NCBI GenBank assembly: GCA_964413165.1
Contig: CAYPSF010000001.1
Coordinates: 1,238 to 65,237 of the forward strand
Length of the DNA: 64,000 nt
DNA from: an uncultured Bifidobacteriaceae bacterium
GTDB lineage: Bacteria; Verrucomicrobiota; Verrucomicrobiia; Limisphaerales; UBA11358
Direction: 5' to 3'
The translations under genes were made by a program, and so were the position numbers. Of the stretch, positions 8,159 to 15,535 are shown piece by piece (within the stretch, counting starts at the first letter, position 1; the number at the start of each line of letters is the position of its first letter). The notes below the pieces were generated by a model. It worked only from the letters and a program-made list of their open reading frames with translations, was not told where the DNA came from and did no database searches.

Positions 8159-9288
8159 GGCGGCTCCAAAACAAAGGCGGCCTGTTCGCTGCCATGGCCG
8201 AAACAGTTGGCCAGAACCTGGCCGCCGCTGCGCGCCGCCAGCAATGCCGCCAGGCCAACCTGCAGTCCGGCCGCCGCCGCAAAGAGGTCCCCGGCCTGTT
8301 TCTTGGGGTGAATGACTGCGGTCGCGGTAATTCGCCGGGATACCAGCGCTCGCCGTTCGTTTTCACCGGTCTGCACATCGCCGTTGTCGGCGGTGACCAT
8401 CGCGTCCAGGGGTTCCGGCGAAAGTTTTAACGCTTCGAATACTTCACCGTACGTGTCAGCCCGGCTCGCTCCCGGTCGGTGTGTGCGCAAGCTGAATTCC
8501 GATATCCGGGCGTAAGCCCGCGCGCCGCGGCTGGCGGCGCGGTCGGCGGTTTCCAGCACCAGGAAAACCGCTCCTTCGCCCGGCACCATGCCGACGTGGT
8601 TTTGCTGCCAGGACGCAAATAGCCCGTGTTGTTCCAGGCCGAGAAACGCGAGCTCATGGGTCTTCACGTCGCAACCACCCGCCAATGCGCAGCCGGCATC
8701 GCCACACTCCAGCGCCCGGATGGCGGACTCAATCGCCTGCGCCCCCTGTCCTTCCCAGGGAGTGTAGATGCTGTTCGGACCCCGGATATTTTCGCAGATG
8801 GACACGAAACACAGCGGCATGTTGCTGAGAATCTTGAAGGAAAGAATCGGGCTTACCGACCGCAGACCGGCCTGGCCAAAACGGCCGGGATCAAACCGGC
8901 CGTCGGGTCCCGTCGAGGCTTTAACCAGGGGAATAACTTCCGCCAATGGCAGACCGGCCAGACCCGTTGAGCCAAACAGCGCAATCTCTTCCGGCGGATA
9001 AGCGCCGCCCGGTTTTATCCCGGCATCCGCCAGGGCCAGGTGCGCCGCCACCACGGCCAATTGGGCGTCCCGGTTCATCAGGCGGATCATTTTGCTCTCG
9101 GCCACGTGCGGCTGCGGCTGAAAATTCCTGACCTCCGCGCAAACCGGGCACGAGAACGGAGCCGCGTCGAAACCGGTGGGCGGGCCGGCCGCCGACCGGC
9201 CGGTTTCAACACCGTGCAGAACTTCGAGCGGGTCTTGTCCCAGCGGGGTGACCATTCCGATGCCGGTGATGACAACGTGTGTGCGCAT
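8155..9288 (-). CDS. KS-like partner lacking the active-site Cys/His (chain-length-factor-like KS-beta)
   Basis: 377 aa of thiolase-fold-like sequence. The position aligned to the KS Cys reads YTPWEGQGAQAIESA with no Cys. There is no HGTGT motif. It overlaps the KS gene by 4 bp. Confidence 0.75.
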   Translation of the reverse strand: MRTHVVITGIGMVTPLGQDPLEVLHGVETGRSAAGPPTGFDAAPFSCPVCAEVRNFQPQPHVAESKMIRLMNRDAQLAVVAAHLALADAGIKPGGAYPPEEIALFGSTGLAGLPLAEVIPLVKASTGPDGRFDPGRFGQAGLRSVSPILSFKILSNMPLCFVSICENIRGPNSIYTPWEGQGAQAIESAIRALECGDAGCALAGGCDVKTHELAFLGLEQHGLFASWQQNHVGMVPGEGAVFLVLETADRAASRGARAYARISEFSLRTHRPGASRADTYGEVFEALKLSPEPLDAMVTADNGDVQTGENERRALVSRRITATAVIHPKKQAGDLFAAAAGLQVGLAALLAARSGGQVLANCFGHGSEQAAFVLEPP

Positions 9289-9303
9289 ACCTTCCGTCGA
9301 TGT

Positions 9304-9759
9304 TCATCCCGCGCTCATCCAGATCTTCTTCAACTGCCGCCGCTTTTCATCCAGCAGCGGATCGTCCACATATTTGAAGGCAAACACCATCTCCGTCGAA
9401 GTCACAACCGTTTTTCCGCGGAACGCGGTGGCTTTGACTTTGCCGCCGGCCTCGTTTACCGATTTCACTTCCGTCCGGTAAATCAACGTGTCGCCCGGTT
9501 TAACCAGGGTCCGGAACTTGGTGCGTTCGAGGACAGTCAGGACCGCCTTGGCGTTTTTGGCATAGTGTTGGTGAAGGCTTTCTTCCAGGAGCAATCCGGA
9601 AAGCTGGGCCATTCCTTCCAGGATCAACACGCCCGGCATGACCGGCCGGCGCGGGAAATGGTCGTCAAAAAAGTCCTCGCTTAAGGCGATGTTTTTCAGG
9701 CCTTCCGCCGCGACGCCCGCTTCCCAGCGGGTGATTTTATCCAGCAAAAAGAAGCGCAT
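9304..9759 (-). CDS. FabZ-like 3-hydroxyacyl-ACP dehydratase
   Basis: HFPRRPVMPGVLILEGMAQLSG is the FabZ signature. I chose the start at MRFFLLDKI, which parallels the MKFRLVDKI start of the other dehydratase. The ORF track extends to 9921 but would then overlap the divergent comM start. Confidence 0.75.
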   Translation of the reverse strand: MRFFLLDKITRWEAGVAAEGLKNIALSEDFFDDHFPRRPVMPGVLILEGMAQLSGLLLEESLHQHYAKNAKAVLTVLERTKFRTLVKPGDTLIYRTEVKSVNEAGGKVKATAFRGKTVVTSTEMVFAFKYVDDPLLDEKRRQLKKIWMSAG

Positions 9760-9883
9760 GGCTTGGGCGCCGATGGTGAAGGGAATCCATTGGCCTGGCC
9801 AGCCTATTTCCCAGCCCCGGCCAACTGGTTCGGTTCCGAAGAACCGGATTGCATTGGGGACCGTGGTCGGATAAGTAACATTC

Positions 9884-11410
9884 ATGTTAGCGAGGGTTTG
9901 TTCCGCGGCGCTTAATGGCATCGAAGCCTATCCCGTCGAGGTCGAAGTCAATGCCGGCTGGGGCGACACCCTCGTCGTGATTGTCGGCCTGCCGGATGCC
10001 GCGGTGAAGGAATCGCGCGACCGGGTCTCCACCGCGCTCACCAACTCCGGGTTCAAGTTTCCGATGGGGCGCACCACCATCAACCTGGCGCCCGCCGACG
10101 TGAAAAAAGAGGGGCCGAGCTTTGACCTGCCCATCGCGCTCGGCATGCTGGCCGCCAACGAACAAATCGAGACCGACCAGCTCGACAATTTCATCATCGT
10201 GGGCGAACTCGCGTTGACCGGGGCGGTGCGTCCGTGCAAAGGCGTTCTGCCCGTCGCCCTCCGCGCCCGCGCCGACGGTTTGACCGGCGTGCTGGTCCCG
10301 GCGGAAAATGCCCCCGAAGCCGCTGTCGTCGAAGGGTTGCAAGTCATTCCCGTCCGGAATCTACGCGAGGCGGCCCAGTTCCTGGAGGGGGAAATCAAAA
10401 TCACGCCGGCAAAAGTGGACACCGCCCGGATTTTCGACCAGCCGCAGGACGACGACCTGGATTTTGCCGAGGTCAAAGGGCAGGAAAATGTGAAACGCGC
10501 CCTGGAAATCGCCGCCGCCGGCGGGCACAACGCACTGCTCATCGGGCCGCCGGGCACCGGCAAATCCATGCTCGCCAAACGGCTGCCGACCATTCTCCCG
10601 CCGCTCACGTTGGACGAGGCGCTGGAGACCACGAAGATCCACAGCATTGTCGGGTTGCTGGCTTCGGGCCAGGCGCTGGTGACTCGCCGGCCGTTTCGCA
10701 CGCCGCATCACACGGCCAGCGATGCCGGCCTGCTCGGCGGCAATGTCAATCCCACGCCCGGCGAAATCTCGCTCGCGCACAACGGCGTTTTGTTCCTGGA
10801 CGAACTGCCGGAATTCAAGCGCAGTGTGCTGGAGACCATGCGCCAGCCGCTTGAGGACGGGCGCGTCACCATCTCACGGGCGGCGGGCACCATGACCTTT
10901 CCGTCGCAATTCATGCTGGTGGCGGCGATGAACCCGACCCCGGACGGTAAGATGCCGCATGAATCGAGAAGTTCCCCGCGGGAAATCCAGAATTACCTGG
11001 GCCGGATTTCCGGGCCGTTGCTCGACCGGGTGGATTTGCACGTGGAAGTACCGCCGGTGAAGTTCCGGGAAATCGCCGGCGATCGCACCGGCGAAACCTC
11101 GGCACAAATCCGCGATCGCGTCGTGGCCGCGCGCCGCCGCCAACATGACCGGTTTAAATCCAAACCGAAGATCACCTGCAATGCCCGGATGGGCACGCGC
11201 GAATTGAAACAATTTTGCGAGCTGGACGAGGCGACGAAGGAACTGCTGCAAAATGCGATGGCCGATCTGAATTTGAGCGCCCGGGCCTACGACCGGATTT
11301 TGAAGGTGGCCCGGACGATTGCCGACCTGGCCGGGGCGGAAAAGATTCAGAGCGACCACATTTCCGAGGCCATCCAATACCGTTCGCTGGACCGCCAGTT
11401 GTGGGCGTGA
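9884..11410 (+). CDS. comM: ComM/YifB Mg-chelatase-like AAA+ ATPase
   Basis: 508 aa. [22 protein letters not shown] is the N-terminal Lon-like domain. Also present: GPPGTGKS Walker [11 protein letters not shown] Walker B, and a typical C-terminal ...[15 protein letters not shown]. Confidence 0.9.
   Translation: MLARVCSAALNGIEAYPVEVEVNAGWGDTLVVIVGLPDAAVKESRDRVSTALTNSGFKFPMGRTTINLAPADVKKEGPSFDLPIALGMLAANEQIETDQLDNFIIVGELALTGAVRPCKGVLPVALRARADGLTGVLVPAENAPEAAVVEGLQVIPVRNLREAAQFLEGEIKITPAKVDTARIFDQPQDDDLDFAEVKGQENVKRALEIAAAGGHNALLIGPPGTGKSMLAKRLPTILPPLTLDEALETTKIHSIVGLLASGQALVTRRPFRTPHHTASDAGLLGGNVNPTPGEISLAHNGVLFLDELPEFKRSVLETMRQPLEDGRVTISRAAGTMTFPSQFMLVAAMNPTPDGKMPHESRSSPREIQNYLGRISGPLLDRVDLHVEVPPVKFREIAGDRTGETSAQIRDRVVAARRRQHDRFKSKPKITCNARMGTRELKQFCELDEATKELLQNAMADLNLSARAYDRILKVARTIADLAGAEKIQSDHISEAIQYRSLDRQLWA
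11345..11410 (+). repeat. Direct repeat copy 1 (last 22 codons of comM)
   Basis: attcagagcgaccacatttccgaggccatccaataccgttcgctggaccgccagttgtgggcgtga. It matches 18529..18594 at 64 of 66 positions. Confidence 0.9.
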
Positions 11411-11431
11411 CCGGCGCAGATTCATCCAGGC

Positions 11432-13525
11432 TCATTGCAAGCGTATCCGGTAGAAGCTGGACGGGTTGGTGAGCGGACGGGGATCGGTGAACGTGGCCGT
11501 GCCATTGACGAACGGATTGGTGGCCAACGGTTGCCAGTTTGCGGGAACCAGTGAGAGCGTGGTTTCAACCACCGCCGAGCCGGTGTCCGGACCGGTTGCC
11601 TGAAAATTGAGTCCGCTGTTCAAGAACAGGCTGGCGGGGATGATGGCGACGGGATTCAACTGCAGCAGGATGTTTCCCATCGAACCTGCATGGGGGGTTC
11701 CGCCCACCGCCACCCGGTAGGTCGTGTTGGAAACGGCCGTAAAGACAAGATTGGTGGCGAATCCGTTCGTGACGAGCGTGAGACTGTTGACGGCGGTTCC
11801 CCGGTACACGCCCAGCGAGGCGGGGAATTCCGACCCGGAAGCGTTTAACCTGACCCGGCCGTTGAACGGGGCCGTCCATTTCCACCACACGGACCGCCCG
11901 GCGGATTGGCCGGCGTGATTGGGTTCACCCGTTTCCGTTGTGGCGCTGCGAATATAGCTGGCCCCGGTTGCCGACACCCCGCTCAGGGTAAAGGCGTTGG
12001 CGAACATGTCGTTCGGTGGTGGCGGCGGTGGTGGCGGCACCGTCAGGTGGATGGTGGGGCTGTCCACGGAAAAACCACAAAAGGGAGTGGCGCGGAGAAA
12101 ATAGTCGGCCGCGTCGTTGGTGGTCGCTCCCGAGATGCAGATGGAACTACCGGTCTGGTTGGTGAGCGGGTTGTTGTTCTTGTACCACAGGACGGGCGGC
12201 AGTGGCCAGGCATCCACGCCGGACTGGAGGCAGGAGGATTCACCGGTGAAAAGGGTTTGCCCTGCGGGCGAAGAAGCGAAGGTCACCGGACGTGGTGCAG
12301 GCACCCCAAGGCGGCGGCTGATAATGCCTCCTTCGGGGGTGAAGCCGGTTTCGCCGGCCAGAATGTATTTGCCGTCCGGTTGCCGGGCCATGGCGAATAC
12401 CGGAAAGCCGGCGTTGTTGTTGAAGCTCGCGTCCACGGTCCCATCGGGGAGCAGGTGGGCGAAGTTGTTGATGTTGTTGCCGCCAATCTGGCTGAAAAAG
12501 CCGGCCACAACGAGATCGCCGCCATCCAGGGCATCAATGGCTGCAATGGAGGAGCCGTTGTTAACGCCGGGTTGAAAACCATTGATACTGTGAAACCAGG
12601 CGGGGTCGCTGCCACCCAATCGTTCGAGATGGAAAGGGAGGAATTGGTCGCTGTTCGCAAAGTAGCTGGCATTGAAGAAACCGCCGCGGATCATTTCGCC
12701 GTGGGAACTGGAACAATTGTATTGCGCGCCCTGCGAGCGCATGGCCGCACAGGAACTTAGAATGTGATCGGCATAAGCGTTCTGGATGTCGCCATTGCCC
12801 TGGAGCACCAGCGCGCCAAAAGATCCGGCGAGGAGCAGATACGGGAAGCTGATGGTGTTGGGGCCACAGGCACAAGGAGGCAGGTAATGGATTTGGACGA
12901 CTTGATCCGAAGCATAGCTGGAAGGCATGTTGAAGGTCGGATCAAGCATGCCATCGATATGCAGGCAGGCCACATTGCCGACGATCGTATTATTGCTGTT
13001 GGTGTAGTTGACGCTGCCGGCGCCAAAGATGACCTGGGCCGGCTGGTTGAGACCCCGGTCGATCGCAATGCTATCACAGCGGCGGAAAACCTTGCTGGCC
13101 TGGGTGGTGAAGGCGGTATCCACTGCCCATGACTGGTTGTTGGGGGTATAATTCAGCCGGCCCATCCCGTTCTGTCCACCAACGTAAACATTGCCGGTGT
13201 CGTCCACCTCGATCGCGTGGACCACGCCAAGGCTGGCCAGCGATCCCGATGCGAATTGGGTGTTCAGGGTTCCGTCCGGATGAAGCACAGCCAGATAGGC
13301 ATAGGCCTGGCCGTAAATGTGGAGGAAGCGGCCGCCAATCCAGATATTGCCGAAGAGGTCTACGGCCACGGCGGTGATGGGTTCATCAATGGCGCCTTGC
13401 TGCGCAAACGTGTTGTCGGGGTCGCCGGGTGCCCCCGAGGCAGACAATGGGGGAAAGCCGGTCAGTGCGACCAGGAACATCCCGAGAAGCAAGAGTTGAA
13501 GATGTCGTTTCAAAATCTTTGGCAT
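11432..13525 (-). CDS. Secreted repeat (beta-propeller-like, delta-60/DUF5122-like) protein with poly-Pro linker and C-terminal beta-sandwich modules
   Basis: 697 aa. Signal peptide MPKILKRHLQLLLLGMFLVALTG...SASGA. Recurring D(P/A)xF...G repeats. PPPPPPPP linker. NDMFANAF...ETGEPNHAG...VWWKWTAP module. C-terminus ends ...ANWQPL...SSFYRIRLQ. Confidence 0.7.
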   Translation of the reverse strand: MPKILKRHLQLLLLGMFLVALTGFPPLSASGAPGDPDNTFAQQGAIDEPITAVAVDLFGNIWIGGRFLHIYGQAYAYLAVLHPDGTLNTQFASGSLASLGVVHAIEVDDTGNVYVGGQNGMGRLNYTPNNQSWAVDTAFTTQASKVFRRCDSIAIDRGLNQPAQVIFGAGSVNYTNSNNTIVGNVACLHIDGMLDPTFNMPSSYASDQVVQIHYLPPCACGPNTISFPYLLLAGSFGALVLQGNGDIQNAYADHILSSCAAMRSQGAQYNCSSSHGEMIRGGFFNASYFANSDQFLPFHLERLGGSDPAWFHSINGFQPGVNNGSSIAAIDALDGGDLVVAGFFSQIGGNNINNFAHLLPDGTVDASFNNNAGFPVFAMARQPDGKYILAGETGFTPEGGIISRRLGVPAPRPVTFASSPAGQTLFTGESSCLQSGVDAWPLPPVLWYKNNNPLTNQTGSSICISGATTNDAADYFLRATPFCGFSVDSPTIHLTVPPPPPPPPNDMFANAFTLSGVSATGASYIRSATTETGEPNHAGQSAGRSVWWKWTAPFNGRVRLNASGSEFPASLGVYRGTAVNSLTLVTNGFATNLVFTAVSNTTYRVAVGGTPHAGSMGNILLQLNPVAIIPASLFLNSGLNFQATGPDTGSAVVETTLSLVPANWQPLATNPFVNGTATFTDPRPLTNPSSFYRIRLQ

Positions 13526-13560
13526 TCGGTTGGGATTTAGACAGGGTGAAGGCTGTGCGG

Positions 13561-14709
13561 TTAAGGCGATGGGGTGAACGTCCAGCTCACGCTGGCACTG
13601 CCGGCGGTGGTGTCGGTCGCCGTTCCCGAGTAAATCATGACGCTTCCCAATTCAGCCGTGAGATAGGCGTCGCCGGTCCCGGACCAAAGCTGACTGTGCG
13701 TCGGGAACGATTCGGTTCCGGTGCTGGCCAGCGGACCAAAGCTGGCAGGCAGGGCGCGATTCATGACTTCGATCGTGCCGACCCAATGCAATAACGTTTG
13801 ACTGCCATTGCCATTAGCCAGGGTGGCGCTGATCACCGGCGAAACGTAAAAAGTGTAAGTGCCGGAAAGGCAGTCGATTTGCAGGGACACCGGCGAACTG
13901 GCATCCGGGGTGCCCGAGCCAATCAGAGTCGTGAGATTGTCCGGCGGAGCAATCGTCAGGGCATCTTCCAGGTCATTGATCTGCGCATTGCCACCCACCG
14001 TGCCGGTGAAGGTCGCGAAATGCGCGGTGACGGACGACGGGCTCAAATGGATCGTCAGGTTGCCTTGTTGGTGGATGTTGAACAGGTAACTGGACGAGGA
14101 GGCAGTAAAAGGATACACAAAACTCAACGTGCAATCCCACCCCTTCGCACTGACAAAATCACACGCAGCGGAAACGACCGCAACGGTGGTGAAGCAGGAA
14201 GTTACTCCGGCCAGGTTGCTCGCGACGAGCGTGTAAATCGTCGTGACCGACGGCGAGACCACGTAATTGCTGCCCGTGACCATGCCTGGCCCGGGCATCA
14301 GCTCGTAAGTGGTGTTCGTCACCGGTTCCCAACTCAATGTGCTGCTGCCACCCGGCGCAATCATCGATGGCGTCGCTGCGAACGTGCAGTTTCCATTGCC
14401 GCCACCGTTGGTGTTTCCCCCGCCTTCTTGCAGGCGAAAGAAGCGGCTGCGGTTGGTGACGGGTTCAAAAACGGCGAGGACATTGCCCAGGGGAAACGGG
14501 GTGTCTGGCACCGGTTGCCAGTTGGCCGGCGGGATCAGATTCGTGGTGCTGGTCAATCGCCAGCCGGCGAAATTGCTGGGCCAGGACACCTCCACAACGG
14601 TGAGGGTCAGCAGGGAAATCGAAAGCTTCGGCGTTGCCTGGGCTTGCACCCCGTGCGCGCCAGCCAGCAGGCCCATCAACATAAACAAGTTAATTTTAAA
14701 AGATTTCAT
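13561..14709 (-). CDS. Secreted hypothetical protein (N-terminal W..P...FFRL module, Gly/Asn linker)
   Basis: 382 aa. Signal peptide MKSFKINLFMLMGLLAGAHGVQA. Module SWPSNFAGWRL...ANWQPVP...SRFFRLQ, followed by GGGNTNGGGNGN. Confidence 0.65.
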   Translation of the reverse strand: MKSFKINLFMLMGLLAGAHGVQAQATPKLSISLLTLTVVEVSWPSNFAGWRLTSTTNLIPPANWQPVPDTPFPLGNVLAVFEPVTNRSRFFRLQEGGGNTNGGGNGNCTFAATPSMIAPGGSSTLSWEPVTNTTYELMPGPGMVTGSNYVVSPSVTTIYTLVASNLAGVTSCFTTVAVVSAACDFVSAKGWDCTLSFVYPFTASSSSYLFNIHQQGNLTIHLSPSSVTAHFATFTGTVGGNAQINDLEDALTIAPPDNLTTLIGSGTPDASSPVSLQIDCLSGTYTFYVSPVISATLANGNGSQTLLHWVGTIEVMNRALPASFGPLASTGTESFPTHSQLWSGTGDAYLTAELGSVMIYSGTATDTTAGSASVSWTFTPSP

Positions 14710-14810
14710 AACCTTATGGCAGGAAACGCAAAAAAACGGTCTGACCTTTCATTAAAATGGATTTTTTTGAAAGATTTCCGCCAGCAGCGGCGTTATCCTG
14801 TTTGTCGTCC

Positions 14811-15449
14811 ATGAACCGCCTGGAAACAGACCGACCGGAACGGGATTCCGTTGCCACCCGCGCCAGCCTGCTGGGTCGCATTCGCAATTGGGAGGATGCG
14901 GCCAGCTGGGAGGATTTTACCGAAACCTACTGGCGGTTGATTTACAGCGTCGCCCGCCGGTCAGGCTTGGCGGATGCCGAGGCGCGGGACGTGGTGCAGG
15001 AGACGCTTTTGGGGGTGGCAAAGAAAATCCACGAATTTGAATCCGACCCCCAACGAGGATCCTTCCGGGGCTGGTTGCTGAACCTGACCCGCTGGCGCAT
15101 CGCTGACCACTTCCGCAAGCATCCACCCGACCCGCAGGTTCCGCGGGCCGAATCAGGGTCGGACGATCGCACGGCCACAATCGACCGGGTGCCGGATTCA
15201 AACGAGATCGACGTGTGGTGGGAATTGGAATGGAAGAAGAACCTTCTTGAAACGGCGGTGACCCGCCTGAGCCGTCGGGTCAATCCGAAGCATGCCCAGA
15301 TTTACGATCTGTACGCGGTGCGCGACTGGCCGGCGGCCAAGGTTGCCCGCGAATTGGGGGTGAACGTGATCCAGGTTTACCTGGTCAACCACCGGCTGAC
15401 GCGTCTGCTCCAGGCAGAAGTTGCGTACCTGCGAAAGAAGCTGGAATAA
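14811..15449 (+). CDS. ECF-type RNA polymerase sigma-70 factor (kinase-associated type)
   Basis: Region 2 reads WEDFTETYWRLIYSVARRSGLADAEARDVVQETLLGVAKK. Region 4 HTH reads WPAAKVARELGVNVIQVYLVNHRLTRLL. The ORF-track start at 14757 is possible; I preferred the internal MNRLETD start. Confidence 0.85.
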   Translation: MNRLETDRPERDSVATRASLLGRIRNWEDAASWEDFTETYWRLIYSVARRSGLADAEARDVVQETLLGVAKKIHEFESDPQRGSFRGWLLNLTRWRIADHFRKHPPDPQVPRAESGSDDRTATIDRVPDSNEIDVWWELEWKKNLLETAVTRLSRRVNPKHAQIYDLYAVRDWPAAKVARELGVNVIQVYLVNHRLTRLLQAEVAYLRKKLE

Positions 15450-15535
15450 ACCGGCCTTCACCCCGAAAGCTGCGCCGGGCCGGCCAGTTTCATCTTTTCT
15501 TTTGAAGCGTATTCGGGAACATCGTCCGCGAGGTT

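Noticed and set aside
9760-9921. N-terminal 54-codon extension of the FabZ-like ORF
   Set aside because: It would overlap the divergent comM start. The paralogous dehydratase starts with the same M(K/R)F.L(V/L)DKI motif found at the internal Met.
9887-10701. Minus-strand ORFs of 151 and 257 aa
   Set aside because: They are antisense to comM, which has Walker A/B and conserved termini.
12003-12026. Poly-proline (PPPPPPPP) tract as a possible slippage or regulatory site
   Set aside because: The codons are mixed (ggt/ggc/gg runs interrupted). It reads as an ordinary interdomain linker, and I could not verify a perfect homopolymer or repeat.
11906-14814. Plus-strand ORFs of 284, 152, 122 and 338 aa opposite the two secreted-protein genes
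   Set aside because: The minus-strand products have signal peptides, repeats and shared modules. The plus-strand frames are Arg/Gly-rich with no motifs.
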